Assembly (NCBI GenBank): GCA_036172245.1
Contig: JAYWIR010000002.1
Location: 1,116,001 to 1,180,000 of the forward strand
Origin: Raillietiella orientalis
Lineage: Eukaryota
DNA: 64,000 bases
Direction: 5' to 3'
The notes beneath the pieces were generated by a model, which saw only the letters and a list, made by a program, of their open reading frames with translations, was not told where the DNA came from and did not search any database. Shown here in pieces: positions 13,501-28,568 of the stretch. Positions within the stretch are counted from its first letter, which is position 1; every line of letters begins with the position of its first letter. The position numbers and the translations under genes were made by a program.

Positions 13501-16500
13501 CGATCGACGGCGGAGGCTGGTGACGAAAATTCACCTTCGCGTCGGGTTATCGGAAGGTGGATGCGCGGCGAAGTTATGCCCTTCAGTTATGCTCTCATTT
13601 AGATCGGTCTCCAGGATTCCATGTGACGATCAACCTTTCATCCCCCTTCTCCTCCTCCTTCTCTTTCGCCAAAAAGTGGTTGAGAAGATCTTGTGTAATG
13701 TTAAAAGGATTCCCTTTGGATAGGCTCAGCCTAGTCCTGTGGTCTCTGCTCCTACAGGAGCTTTCCGAAGGACTGACCGGAAGAATCACTACTCAACAGT
13801 GGCTTTTCTGCTACACGGAGAGAGAGGAACCCTTCTGTCATTTCCTGTAGGGTGTCTTCGGTGCTCAAGACGACACGCGGCAGCATGAGTCCACCCAGCA
13901 ATCCCCAAGGACACTCTGGTGTCTGAGGAAGCAGCCCCTCTTGGCTTTTAAAGAGCGCCTCCAGTTGGCGCGTGTAACGCAGTGCAATGGAGTACCGGAT
14001 AATCAAAGTACATCTCCCTTTCCCAACCATCACGGAAAGCGCCTACATCTTTCCTGGTCCGTATAAGGCCTCCGCTAGGTCTTCGTCTTGCTGAAAGACT
14101 GGCCCAGGACGAGACCCCTTCGCATTCTTGATGCAGAGGCGCAACCAAGGTAGCCGTCTGGTAGTTGGCGACATTAGAACTGACAAGAGCCGTCCTCGCT
14201 CGTCTCATCGTTGCACCACCCTTGCACAGCAGCATTTGGCTTGCGAGAGCAGTGGATGACTGGAACTGCGCTGGCTCCTGGGGTAGTTTGCCTTGAGGAC
14301 TACCGTCATCAGGCTAGGGCAGGGCGGTAGGCAGACATCGATTTCCTGTGAATAGGAAGCGCAGAGTATGGTGAACTAGACGTAAGTCATCGCCTTCCTG
14401 AGTGCATCAGAAGGATACGTTGAGATCTCTAAGAGGATGCGGTATGTGTCAGATCGTGTACTACGGAAACAGGAGGTTGCTTATCGATAGGAAAAGGAGC
14501 GAGAGAGTACGTCCATTGTACGAGGATCTGAAGGCTCGCAGGGAGCTTCCTCGTTGAAGGTCAACGCCTCCTGTTTAGGGTGCTTTTGAGGAATAGTGCA
14601 AGTTGGCTTCAGAACACCATGAAGATTTTGGTGTGCCACGTCTGCACACGCGGATTCCTGCTAGTGGACAGCGGCGTGTGATAACATGAGCATGTAATGA
14701 GGTTGTTATGAACTCCCCACTCCCTGTGACTGCACTTTGATCGATGTTTCTCTCATCTTTTCTAGAAGAGGTTAGCTCTTGCCTGGATGCCTCCAATTTT
14801 GCTTGCTTTTGAGGAGCTGCAGATTAGAACGAATCAGTTTGTTTAGTATCGGATCCGACAGAGAATCTCTCTTCCTTCTTGTTGCTTCTTCTCTCTTGTT
14901 GTTGTTTTTTTCTTCGTTTGTATGTTTGCTCTCAGAAAGAAAGGAAACACTACATTGACAGGGTCTCCTGAACTTCAAGAACTCTTATTTATCCTTTCAG
15001 GAAGTACCACTGCTCTCGTTAGTAGTTACTTGTTTGCTCACATCGGTGACTTTTGTTCGAGATCGTTCTTCATTCTTGCAAATGCATCTCAAGATCAAAG
15101 TTTTTACGAGGATGATTTGAAGTTTGGAGTGGGGGAGAATTCAATAAGAGCGTGGATTGGATTGGATGCTTTCTTCTTCTCATCCTGGTTGTTTTTGTGT
15201 CTAGAAAAGGTTCTGAGAAAAGGGCAGGCGTATGTCTCCTCTCCGATGAAGAATCTGACTCATGGCTGTAGAAAAAGATATGCCACGGCAAGTGGTTGTT
15301 ATAGGTAATCATGGTCGATAAGGAAAGAATGTTGTTCCGGTTAGATCCTCACTTTTTCTCTCTAGTGCAGAAATAGTTATCCCTGATAACAGGAGCGTCT
15401 TTTGCTTCTGGTCCTTGATAGAAACGGCTTATCTTTTTCTGCTTGTACATGTGCACCATCGGTGTGCTATTTAGGCGAACGTTCTTCTCTTGTTTCCTGT
15501 TAGAAACTTTGAGAGCTCTTACGTTTGAGTTCCTTTGGTTAACTGACCAGGAAAGCAGTGTTCCTCTTGGTTCTACCAAAATTGGTCCCTACAATCTGAG
15601 TGTGCCTCAACTCGGTACTTCTTATCAAAACCGGGTCGTTTTGTGATGATTTCTCATTTCCTGCTTCCGCTCTCAGCTAGCCAACACCAGAATTCACATT
15701 CCTGGGAGCAACAAAGAAACGCGCGCCCATGTGTTCCAGAACCCTCAAGTTTGTCCCAAAGGAAGAAAAACAGCTCTCCTTTGCACCCTCACTTTAGGCT
15801 ATTCTCTTGAGAAACGACCTTCTGACTGCACGTAGACCTAGTCTCTGTTACCGCCAGAATAGCAAAGAGGTGGATAGAGTCAGCGAGAACAATGTTTGGA
15901 ATTAATCCTTTATTTTTCTCCGATTTCCAATTCCTGACGTCCATTTCACCTCCAGTGGCTAGACATTCTTCGAAATCGCTACTCGCTGCTTTGTCCTTCC
16001 CATCTTACTCGACCTTCCCAAGTTCAGCGAGAGATCACACTCCCAAAAAGGGTCAGCTATATACTGGAAGTCAAGAAGGGAAAGCAAATGGGAATTGCAA
16101 GAAAGGGAAATGAAACCGCTCACTCCTTACGAGACAGTTTGTGAAATTCGACGAGATCTTAGTTTTTAGATGTCGTCGGGGAGAGACCCTATCCTTGCTT
16201 GTAGCTCCGCCTTCCTCCACATCTGGAAGGATGTTACTACCAGTTGCAAATGAGCAGCTCCTTCTGCATGGAAAGTTAGGCATTCAAAACCTTTGCAGAA
16301 CTTTCCATTGGAAAACCCACGGAAGCTGTCCAAGTGGAAGCCACGCAAGGCGATGAGTGAGATGACAGAAAATGATGCCCTCATCCAAGTCCTTCCGTCA
16401 GATGATTTGGCGTTGTTCACTTTTCCAGAAACCCAGCAGGGCTTCATAACTGCTTTGCTGATATTAATGTGGCACGAAGTCTTCTATGTAGAGGTCCTAT

Positions 16501-19500
16501 TTGGCGCCGATAACCCCCCAAACATTCAGCCCGTGCGTCAGATGACAGATGAGCAGCAAAAGTGTCTTCAACTAGTCCTTTGTAGCAAGAATTGTGTGAT
16601 TTCTGTAGCAGGATGTTATCTTCTTGGTTGCAGAGATATCAATGCAGCTGGCAGGGCATGTGAAAAGTAATTCCTGAATCTAATCAATCAGTCTTCCTTG
16701 CCTCCTCATATCGGTGACCGGGGATCCTGGGAATTTGGCACTTTTTCTCATACCTAGCTCATTTCCCTCGTGGGTAATACATTCGTGAACTTTTGTCAGT
16801 CAAAGAGCACAAGAGATTCTTCACCAGACTCTCACTCAGTGTGGTCACTCTGCGATTGCGAAACTCGGCTCAATTAACATTTGTGCATAGAATCACTAAT
16901 TCCACAATTTCGTTTTTGTTTTCCCAACCTTCTGCATTCCAATGAAAGCATCCGGAGTCGTTGAAAAGATAACAGCGTAATAACTGGTTCTGAAATGACC
17001 GTTTCGCCGGTTGCTTGCAAGAGGCATAAGGATCCTCGAAATGCTCCTAGAAGTCCTGATTTTCCTATTTTTTTACCACACTTCTGCCAATTGAAACTCT
17101 GTGATTCTTCTTGGATTCGATTTCGACTGAGCTACTCGCTGATTTCCGAAGATAAGATGGAATCGTCTTTGGCCCAAATTGTCATTTTTTTTTACCTGAA
17201 ATTGTAGAACTTCCCCGATGACAGCTGCCCTTTTTAAGGCTTCCGTCCGTTCCTTCCTTGTTCGACTTTCACTGGGTATCCAAATCTCTTACGGGAATTC
17301 ACCTTGGACTTCCTCTTGAGGGCCTTGTACAGCTTTTGATTGAGGGATCCCTCTAAAGAATTTCCTGCTGTCCAACCTCACTACCTTGGCGAACCGAAAG
17401 CCAGAAGCAGATACTCACTGAATGTTGCCTTTGGTTGCAGCTTTTGTTCCGTCAGAGAGTTGATGGGTTTATCATTCGCATTAGTCTTCGCAATCATTGC
17501 GAAACACGAAGGCACCCTTGTCTTCAAAAAATTTGGCTCCAGGACACTTATAGTCGCACAAGAAGAACAGCAGTAGTTGAGATCAAAATCGTCCGCAATG
17601 TAACATCTGCGGCGCAATCTCTTGCAGTTGGAAACCCGTCTTCTTGCCATTTACGACAGTGAATATCTGACAGGAATGAACGTCTCTCAAGAAGAGTGGC
17701 TTCCGTAACAGCAGCGTTTAGCTAATGCCGCTTGAGTTTGGGTCGACTACACATGAGCCCATGGCAGGGCACTCCCGAACGGACTGACAAATTCTATTGA
17801 TTGATATCAGAGCACTTTTCACGAACTAAATAATGTCCCAGCTTCCTTCTAAGAAAGGCGGTGGTGGCTGGATCCCCGGAGATCCATCTTCGAAATGCGG
17901 ACTGCACACAATCTGCAGTGTCAGTGATTGATACAAAATAATCAATTACGCTTGCTACTCCAGAGTTAATCGGTCCTGCCTTTGACGAAAGAAACACCGG
18001 TCCTGGAAACGCGCAGATTTCGAAAATAGCTTCGGCACGCTTTCAAGATGCTTTGTTTATCCATAGTTGAATGATTCTATTCGAAACCATAATTGCACAC
18101 TTTTCCTCCCTGACTCGAACCTTCTGTCACCTGAAATGTATTTTCGAGGAATCCTTCCTGGAAAATATATTCATTTTATTTTTTTTTTTTTTTCGAGTCA
18201 TTCTTCGAAAATAATTTTCGGGATTGCATCTTGCAATCTGTCTGCGAGACATCTGTGAGGGCGCATTACAGATGACAGCTCTTTGCTATGCACTTAAAAT
18301 TCTTCCCCGAAAAACTCTTCAGAAATTCCTTTGGTATAAGGACTGGGTCCTGATGGAGGAGAATTCTCTCGGAATGGTGGATGCGAAAGATAAGGGGCAC
18401 CTTAAAGAGCGGCAAGGACTTGAGGTGAATAGGAATGTTTTACATGAATTGATAGAGTGCCAGCATTCCGTATAGTGCCTGCAGACTATCAGGAACATGG
18501 TAGACTACGCGCATCTTCTACAGGAGCACAGCATGCTTCACATCCGGTTTGTTTGGGATAAAACGTGGTTTGAATCCCAAGAATGCAGCCAAGCTAGGAA
18601 AATCGATGTGCACGCCATGAATGGCATGAGAGAAAAACATCGCGAACATCTTCCTGGAAAGAAAAAAAAAAACGTGTCCAGTGACGAAGAACCGGAAAAG
18701 CTTAATGACTTCCCATGAAAATCATCGTCTTCGAAGCGTCAGAGTAGTGTTGATAATGCCGACGGCATCAGTCTGCCCAGATCAGTCCGTCACTGCCACT
18801 TTTGTCTTGTCTTTGCGGCGAGATAATCGCCCTGGACCATTCAGAAGTATGAAGACATCCATGCTGGCACTGGAGATCGTCACCAGGAATCTCTCGCGGT
18901 CCAGGCAGCTTTCCAGAAAGCAGAGCAAAAGAGAGATTCTGCAGTTGGGAACTGACCCCATTTTCCTCACTAGAATGAGAAAGAACATCAGAAAATGCGT
19001 CTGAAGTGAAGAAGGCAGCAGGACTCTGCCTGAGATGAAAAAGAAACGCATGCTTCCACTGGAGAAGATTTTCTGGCAAAGCACGAAACTGTCATAGCAA
19101 GGATTTGTGATGCAATAAGAACGGAAAAGAATTTCTAGAACCCTTCCGGTTACGAAATTCGGAGACAGTAAAACAGCGCCGTTCAGACATTTGAATTCCA
19201 CATAACACCAAGATGACTAACTGTTTGTTTTTGGGGTCACAGAACGCTGGAATGTATTCGGGCCAAGCTACCACTACAATTTTCAGACAAGGATTACCAG
19301 AACGATGGAGAAATTCGGACGATTTGTTCTCTTCTGAAGAAACCTGTGCACGCGTCTCCAGAAATGCATAGTCTGCAGTAGCATACACGTTTTCTCTTTC
19401 AAATGTGATACCTTTCTTTATCTTGCCTTTTTCTGATGGGAAGGAATCAAAGATCATTCCGGCCTTAGCATTATTCACCACCTTAAATGAATCTCATGTA

Positions 19501-22500
19501 GAATAAACATCTTCGGAGCACCGTTGAACTGGAAGATGGCGTGAGCATGAAACGCAACTGGTTTCACCAACAGAAAGTTCTGGACAGAAGGATTTGCTAC
19601 TTCTCAATTCTCGATATAAAGCAGATGAAAGGAAGGTGGATTTCATTCGATGTTCCTCACTGAAGAACATCGTCCCTCCGCATAGTGAGCGTGTCTGAAC
19701 ACACCCTGACGCGTTGCAATAAAGTGATGAATGTCCCCAAAAGCTATGGAGCAAATAGGTGGCGAGAGCTGATAGCATGAGGATGGCAAAGGAGTTGAGA
19801 ATCCTCATCCATCGAAACAGATCTTCTCGATTAGGAGCAGAGATGGCCTCTAGTCCTAAATTTTTCCGTGTTAAGCTGCAGTTTCTGCACTATTCTCGAG
19901 GAATTCGAAGACAGTGATCCGAGTAAAGCTGTTCGTGCTCTGTATTCCCACCATTACCTCATCTCGAAGGCAATGGTTATTCTTATAGGGGCATGCCTAT
20001 CTGTAGTGGGATGTTTGGGTGTTCAGCAGCAGCAGAGACTGAGAATGTAAAGATCCAAGAAAAACGCTAGGGTCTTTCAGAGGGAAATCCCTCCAGAATT
20101 CACGTATTTACCTTCCCTGAGTTTCTGCATTCGGCATATTGTGAGGTCCGAATTTCTTCTGCTGCCAGACATAGAATGGAGACGTTCATGCGCTTCCAAA
20201 ACTTTTTGATTTCTCAGTTTTCCATTCCATTCCGTTAAATCATCTCCTCTCTCCTTTGCGGATAAGCAGCATCCATTTGCTCTCCATGAGCAATAAACAC
20301 GACTGTAGATCCGAATCGATACTTCAACATCTCTACACCCCTGGGCAGCAAGTGTACGGATTCCATATCCTGGACCGGATCTCTACAGTTCAAGTGTACG
20401 CTTCTTGGAAACTTCTCTCCTCCCCAGGAAGTGACCCCACTCCAAGGAACTGGCACGTGAGCAATTGGAGGGCCTCTCCATAGCACTTGTCTATGCTGGA
20501 TCTCTGAAGCAGTCTGCACTTTCGTGGCGAGAAAGTTCCCTGGGTGATCTCGAGTGGCCTCATTACCTGCTCGCCGTCCATCCGTCCTGCTTGAATCTAT
20601 CACCGTTCACTGTTTGCTTGCGTTTGAACACAGAAGCCGAATGACTTCAAGAGAAGCTGCAAGGTAACGTTCTTTTCTCATCCTTCCGTTCTACAGTTGG
20701 AAGAAACGACATCCTTCCAGGACTTTTGAGGTGGGAAGGGGGGACGCAGACCTCACGGGATGAAAACTCCATAGCTTGCCTCTCCTTCGAGATACATGGA
20801 TGGTTCCTTCCTCTACTTCTTCTTCCTCAGTTCCCGGATGTCCCTTTGAAATCTGGAAAATAGAGCACCCTTTTGTTGCTTCACTTTCCTTTCAAACTGG
20901 CTTCAGGCTTCGTTTTAAATGCCTAGATGCCTTCTAGAGGAACGGATGCTGGAGCAAGACGAAGGCACGACAGTCCTTGCCTGAACTTCAGCTCCATATC
21001 GAGAATTTCGGGAATCTTTCCCGTTTTCAACGCTCCTGGGCGAGCAGAGCATCAGTGTGAAACAGCTCCTGGATCCATCCAGGAGTGCGAAGAGGAACTG
21101 CAGCGGTAGGAGCGCCTTCCGCGTTTTTCAAACTCCCATTGTTGACCAGAATCTCCTTTTCACTTTAGTTGCCTGAATACGCGATTGTCGCAGCATCCGC
21201 TTGTGCCACACCTCTCGGATGAAGTTCCACCAACCAGCTGACTGCACCGAATCTTTCTCAACTTTTCGGTCGGAGGAGGAAAAGAACGATTAGAAAGGGA
21301 AAAACCGAAAGAACCTCGATCGCACGGCGAGTCGAGGAGCAAGTGGTAACTAGGGCTCCATCTTCCCAGGATACTGACAAGACCGCGATCGCGGGTCCTA
21401 GAGCAAGTCCTCCTTGATCTTGCGCATCTGGGAAAGAAGTGACGCGTGGGCAAGTGGCGAGGCATTTGTCCCTTGGCGCCCCTTCTCTACGGGGGGCGAC
21501 GAAATCACGAGCCCTTCCTCCGTGGCAAAATCCCGATCCATCGTCTCTGTGCTTCTGCTTCCGTTCATGAAGGCGACCTCTCCGGAAAAGGTCGCGCGCG
21601 TTTTATCCCCCCCCCCCTTCCCCCCCTCTCGACTCCTCTCGCTCGCTCGTTGGCCTGGGGAAAAGCGAATTAACAGGACCGGCTGGTGGCTAATCGAAAG
21701 CGTGCGAACCTAACCGGGGCTCCAAGGAGTGCCCCTCCTGTGAGCGGAGGTCACAAATCCTGGACCGAGTCCCCAAGCGGAATGCAAATCGATTCCCATC
21801 CCGTAAATCACGGGTCTTCTGGAGATCGGATGCTGCTATAGATTTCGCTGGCCGCTGCTTCTTGTCGCGAAGGGCCTTCCGGAGACCCGCTGCGAAGGCT
21901 GGATGGATTTCAATTAGGCAAGTTTTTTTCCTTCTTCTTCTCCTCCAGCATCTTCCTTTCTCCAGCATCCCAGGATAGGGGGGGGGGAACAAAATATCCC
22001 CGGGAAAATTGAAAATTTGCATGATTGCGTCTGGCATCCGCGCACGGATTTCACGCATGCTGGGTTTAATATCCCGGATATCCCGCGATCTGTGCGGCTG
22101 ACCTCGCTGATTTCTCATGCCAATACGTACGGCGGGGCAGGGATCGAGGATTTGCGTTTCACAAGGGAGCAGCCTGCCCGGTGGAAGTCCCCGAATTCTG
22201 AAAATCAATCGTTCTTGGGAGAGGAGACCCTTACCGTCTTCTGCAGAAGTTCCCCGGGTGAGGACGGCGATGGAGGGGGAGCAGGGAAATCGGCTTGGGA
22301 GTCTTCGCCCCATCTCGAACGGATTCTTCCTCCTTCCATACGCTTCCCGGGCTTCCCTCTTTGAGAGAATGCTCCCGCAAGGAGGTGATTCCCCACTCCT
22401 CTGTGATTCGCTCGCGCGGCACGCGGAGGCCTCACCTCGACGACCTCTCGAGGAGGGCTCAGGGGCCGGCTGGAGAAAGAAGAGAGAGCTCGAGTGAGAG

Positions 22501-25500
22501 GGGGAGAGAGATGTCACAGCGGTCCTCTCCGCGAGATGGAAAGTCCCGCGAAGCACTGCGGGATCTCCGTCTGCGGGACGACGGACTGCCGGGTGGATCT
22601 CAAAGTGGTGCGCCCTTCTCGCGATGCATCCAGCCGAAGAGGCGCGCGCGCGCGCGCGTCTCTCCTCGGGGACCTCTGCCCGGAACCACCGAAAAGCGGT
22701 GCAGCCTTCTCAATGCGGAGGAAAAGACGAGTTCTCTTTGGCTCCGCACCCGCGTGCTCCGAAGTCGGTTGCGGCGGAGTTGTCGCTGAGATCCGACTGA
22801 CTCCGGACCACCTCCCAGCCAGTCATAGGCAGATCTCAAATCCGAAGGACAGGATGGCTAGCTATTGATCTCCACCCCAGCATTTGTAGCTTCAGGAGCT
22901 TCTTCCCTCCTGAGGGAACATCCCTGATGACAGCGGATCAATATCCAGAGAACCACCATCTGCAAACGCCCAGGTCGAGTGTCCGGTAGCCTTTACCTGC
23001 CCGTCATTTCTTTGCGTCCGTCCTCCACTGTTGCTGCTAATTCCTCCACTTGCTTGTCACTTCCATCAAAAGTAGATACTTGTGGAAATCATGAAGGAAT
23101 CGCAACCTTCTCGCGATCCGCGACATCGGGATTCTGAATTGTCCTTCCTCTTCTTCCAGCTCCACTCTTTCTTCGGTTTCCGAACCAACACCAACGCATG
23201 GCTCACGCCTCCTCAAGGAAAAGCATTCGAACCAACACCAACACCAACACCATCGACATCCATCCACAAGGGGACTCGAAGTGAAACGGGAAGATGCACT
23301 GTCGCTGACTCTGGGATGTGGACAGGATCACGGGCAGACGCCTCAGGAAAACGTGCTGAGGTAGCGAATGGGAGCTTCCATCTCTCGTGGCTCGTGACCC
23401 ATGCTCCCCACCTTCCTTTCCCTCTCTTTCCCTTCCTTGCTGGGAGCGTGCAGTTGAAAGAGGAGGAAGGGAGGGAGGGGGCAAGGGACCAGACGGAAAA
23501 AGACAGAGTCGAATGAGCATTCTTTGGTAATGAACCGGGGAGTCGCCACGTGTTGCTCAGCACCGCCGACAGAGACTCCTACTGCATGCAGGGAGATTCT
23601 CAGGGTGAGCTTCAGGAGGGCCTAGAGGGACTTTTCTTAACTTCACCATCGCAAGCGCCTTTCGTCCGTTGTTCGGATGAACAGCGGGTAGCTATGTCCG
23701 CCCGTGGAACCAGCTCTCCTGGCTGGGAGAGGTGCAAGCTGCCTTTTCGCCGCGTGGAACATCCAAAACCCATTGAATCCACACCTTCCCCACCATCAGA
23801 TAAGAAGTTGAGGATAGAAAAGCGAAAGCAACATCTCCTATTGCTACTGTTTCGCGAAGATCTTGTTAGCAACCGCAGCATCCAGCTTTGCGGCAGCAAA
23901 TCCTGACCGAGAACTGAACGGCGCTTTCGTCGCAAAGATTCCGACAATGGCAGAGAGGCAGAGCGGAAACAGAAACAGAAAGGGAACTCAGGTAATCCGC
24001 AGAGGTGTTGAAGCTGGAGAAAGACACCTGTATAACCACAAGAGGGATTGGCGTCTCCAGGAGTAGATAAACTTCATCTTCCTACTAAAAAAGGAAACAG
24101 CCGTTTCCAAGTGCTTCTTACAGTGTTGCACGCGAGGACCAGCTTTTTTTCTTTTCTCTTCCTTTCGTCTCAGTTGATGGCCCCCAGTATCTGTTTTTGG
24201 CCTTCAAGATCCATCCCTTTAGAATCATCTACTAACTCCTGAAGTTCGTTTTCTTCCTGGAGTACCGCGATGGACATCATCGCGGTTCGACTACGACGGC
24301 AGGGAACGCTCTTCCTAATGGACCGCCAAGGCTCTTGGCTCCCGAGAACTCACTGCTCGTTCCACGCTGCCGTATGTGCAACTAGAATGGCGGCAGAGGG
24401 TGCTCATGACACGCGTCCCATGCATGCGCGCGCGCGCCCGCATAGCGAAGGTTTGCGGCAAAAGTCTTTCCTCTCTTCCGAAGACCCAGCGAGAGCAGCA
24501 CCATATCGGAAGGCGAGGTCTCCAGCAGCCGGGAAAGAAGCAAAAGCAAGGCCGGGTCATTTCCTCCAGGCACGTTCTGCTCCCGGAACTGTCCTCGTTG
24601 TTTCCGCCAACGGGTGAAGCTTGAACAGAGCTCGACACTCCCATCTCAAAACCAGCACTTAGCCTGCTGACTGGAAGAAATTCTGGGACGAAACCCTTGC
24701 GCGGAGCGGCTCCACCCCGCATTTTGGTCAGCTGTGACCTATGCGTCTTTGCTTCACAGTATTGCTGGAAGCACCCCTTGCCCCGGGGTGACTCCATGTA
24801 GGCAAACTTGGCTTCATACTTCTGAGTCTCGAGGACAGGACCTCGCGCGCGGTCTACGACGGCCGCTCCCGCAGCAGGGAAGTGAGAGGGAGGGTGCGGA
24901 ACTCTCAAATATGGAATTTCTCAAGCGACATCATCATCCTTCCTCCCTCCTTTAGCCTTCCTTCTTTTCTGTTCTTTCTTTTTCTTTTTTTTACTTTCTC
25001 ATTCACTCTCTATTGTCTGTTTCCGTCTGCAGTGGAGCGACTCGCAAATCTCATGAGGAATCTTCCCTTGCTACCTCATTCGTCTGCCGGAACGAGGTCC
25101 GAATCTCTCCTTCCTAGTACAAATGGATAATTAATCGCAATCTGCTTGCTGAACTCTTGCCGGAATTCGCTGCTCCCATTTTTGCTTTCTGCCCGCGATC
25201 CGATCTTTCTCCCGCCCAGACCGAATTGACTCGCCCTGGTCCAAAATGTCTCTGACGGAAAATCCGACGGGTCAAGATTGATTGCCCCCTTTGCTTCTTT
25301 ATTTCGAATTCCATGCACTGAATCGCGTATCCTTTGGAACGGGTCGCATGGCGGAGAAGGACGCTTTCGGGAACATGCAACCATCCAGTGATCAATTCCG
25401 TGATGACCCTTCCGAAACAAGGAGAACTATACATCTGACAGGATTCTCTCCCAAGCGTGCATCGTCACTTTCTTTACAGAATCTTGGCAACTGTTGCCAG

Positions 25501-28500
25501 CTGTCGGCTCCTTTCAGATGGAGCTCTCTTGGGCGATGGAAGCAGCCATGTTCTCACTTTTCCATGTTCCCTTGGTTGCCTGAAAGTTTCCTGAAAAAGA
25601 CTCACGAACCTCTTGTGGCTCATTGCTAAGTCCTGCCCTTTGGCTCCCAGTCGAATCCGATGCGTCTGAAGTCATGCCTTCCAAAGGATCCTCTAAGGGA
25701 AGAGAAGGGAGGGAGAGCTTAGCTCAGCTGCCTCATTGGTCAACCCGTATTGAAAGTAAGAAACCTCCGAAGCTTCTATGCGAATCCTGTCCCATCCTCC
25801 CATTGCCCCGAGATGATCTTTTTTTTTTGCGTCATCCATCTCCCAGTAAAGTAAGGGTCGCCTTCTTTCGTTCAGCATTGCAGCTGCCCATTTCCTGGGC
25901 ATCGTCAGTACTGTTCCAGCTTCCAATGATTTGTTTCTGTCGGCATTTACCTGGGTCCTTTCCCAATCGCACATCTTCACTCCAACTTCTCCATCGAGAT
26001 TGTTTCTTGGTGTTCTGTTAGCTGCGTTCCTGTCCATCTTCCAGGCTTTGCTAACGCGGACCAAGTCGATGTTGCTGGATGGATAAATTGGGCGCAAGGG
26101 CAGCCCGGAGTATCCCTGAGACACTCACTGCGAAACTTTGAACAAAATGCGTGAAAGACAGAGGGAGCTGCGGTTCAGGGAGTGGACCCGTGCAGCGGGT
26201 CCGCTCGTTGAGCGTTTTCGCCTTCCAGAGATGGGAGCCGGAGCGCAACAAGAGCATCCCTAAAACTCCGTCTGAGAGAAAAGAGCAACGAACCCCTTCA
26301 CCGCTCCGTCCCAGAAGCAGAGAAATTGGAAACGCCCTTTTGTGCTGGCGCGAGACAGCTTAGAAGGGATTCCGTCACGTCAAACCACAGGATCTTCCGC
26401 CTTTGAGTACGGTGATTACTCGAATGGGAAGCTGACTTGAAGCCGAGCAGGGAGGTAGCTTGGATGACTCCTCATCCTGAATTCTTCAAGATGAGGAGTT
26501 ATCCAAGCTGTTTGAGGTTCCCCGCGTTACCAAGAAAGAGGAAAAAAAAAAAAAAAAAAGGAACTCATGGCAACAGAAGAGCGAAACGAGAGAACGCTTT
26601 GAAATCCCTCCGTGTTTCTGGAACACTCTTTACTTACTGCGTGGTACCAGCAGCACACTCGGACTCGCTTTCGCTGCAGAATTTTCCCATCAGAGAAGAA
26701 AGATAAAGTTCCCTTTTTGGGAGGAATCGGTTCCTCCGAAAGAGGGCGTTCTACGGTGTGCCACTTTATGCGTCAGGCCGTAAACGGAAAGAAACGCGGG
26801 ATCATCCGCGAAGTCGTCCACGCGCAGCTCCAGAATCACCTCAACTGTACTGCTCCACAGATCGAGTCACGATCTCGAAATGCACAAGGGATGAGGCCTG
26901 GTGGATAGAAGATGGCGGCGAGGTTTTTGTTCTTGCACTCCTCTGCTTTCCCCTACGTCGACATTTCTGCTTCTCTTCGTGCGGTCCTTCTCGATTGGAG
27001 TTCTTGAATTTTTTCATAGAAAAGCCACGGGACGTTCCGCGGTTGTGATGAACGGATTGATAATGAACGTTCGGGCGAACGTTCCCGCTGCGTGGGGAGG
27101 AGACTCGCTGCAAGAGCGAACAGCAGCACACACACGTCCAGACCAACACGCCCCGGTTTCTCTATTTGACTTTGATTTTTGCACTCCAGGATATCGGAAG
27201 ATGTATGCATATCTTGGCTGATTGGATTTTCCGAGAAATCCACCGAGCAGCTACCCAGAACCAAGACTGGAAAGCTTCGGGGTTTGCGCCATGAGGACTC
27301 TGGGTTGACGAACTTCTTTCGTCGGAAGCATCTCGGCCTACCAATTCCGGACGAAGCCGAGCTTCGAGCACAGCTGCTCGAGATGTATCCCCATCATTCC
27401 GCAAGCGACCGCTCCTTTGTTTCTCCAGTCTGCAGCGTATTTCTGCTGTCTGTGTTGCGCTTTAGTAAGCCGCACCAACTTATCAAAGTTTGGAGAATTC
27501 CTATACTTAGGAGCAAAAAGCATAAAACACCCTCTTCTTCTTTTTGATATGCAACAGCCACTGACGTCATCAAGCTGGAATTTTCGATTTTTTTCTTTCT
27601 TTTGGTTTTTTGTGCTGTCCCGATACTGCATTTCTAATTTGCTTCTTGCGGGTACTCAAGTTTCGGAGTTGAGATACTTCCGCAAGACTTTGTTTGCTAG
27701 TGTGGAGCACTCGGGAAGAAATCGAATGTAACGAAGAGCACATCAGCGTTAGATCACGTCTTGCTGTGCGTGCCGTTCCTGCGCAACATGCGTAATGGAA
27801 TAATATGCTGGCAGATCAGCAGGCTCCGCTTCGAATTCGTGAGCATCTCTTTCCGTCGGAACGAAGCCGAGGAGAGGGCTGGTTCGCGGCATCTCAGGGG
27901 TTTCTAGGGAACTAGAGTGGCTCCTGAGAAGATGTCGCTCAAAGGATAATTTTTTTTGCCTGCCAAATGCTACTCTCGGTTCTCCTCCTCCTTCGTGCGG
28001 ACGGAATACCCACACATGCATAAAGCACTCCAGTTGAAAGATTACTCCAAGTGTGCAAATAAATTATGCAAATCGCGTGCTCGAAACTGAGGACTTTTGT
28101 TGATCAAACTTCACGAATGATGATTCGCTTTGTCTAGGCCGCGGGAAGACAGCAAGCGCTTTCGAAAAATCAAAACAGAGACATCTTCTTGGCTGCACCC
28201 CTGCAAAATGTCTTTGGTAAAAATGTTCCTCGAGCATATCTCCTACCAGACAATGCGCCTTCCCAACAAATCGTCTACCTTCAGTTTGTTTTTTGTTTCC
28301 CTGGGATGAATGGAAACTGTGAGTTCCCCCTTTGGATGGGATGGGATGTTGATTGTTCGAAGCAAACGCTTGATCCTATCGTGAGATGACCGAATCGAAG
28401 CGTAGCTCCTGAACGAATCTCCGAAACTGGCTGCTTCGAAGGCAGAGACCGCACCGTTCCTGAGCGCGAGCAAAAAGCTCGACCAATACCGGGATCTTCC

Positions 28501-28506
28501 CTTGGG

Positions 28507-28568
28507 CACGTGAATTCTTCGGCATAGCCGTGTATGGGGCATACACAGCTCTGCCGAAGAACCACGTG
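28507..28568. repeat. 62-nt imperfect hairpin (22-bp arms, 20/22 complementary, 3-nt loop, outer CACGTG extension)
   Basis: TTCTTCGGCATAGCCGTGTATG-GGG-CATACACAGCTCTGCCGAAGAA at 28515-28561, flanked by CACGTG on both sides. Confidence 0.85.

Noticed and set aside
26128-26271. Minus-strand segment between a strong acceptor (TTTTCTCTCAG) and a GTGAGT donor
   Set aside because: Only one open frame, no recognisable protein and no partner exons; such sites arise by chance in pyrimidine-tract-rich DNA.
28507-28530. GAAGAATTCACG on the minus strand resembling the 3' part of miR-263
   Set aside because: The seed is absent and the arm order is wrong for the mir-263 precursor.
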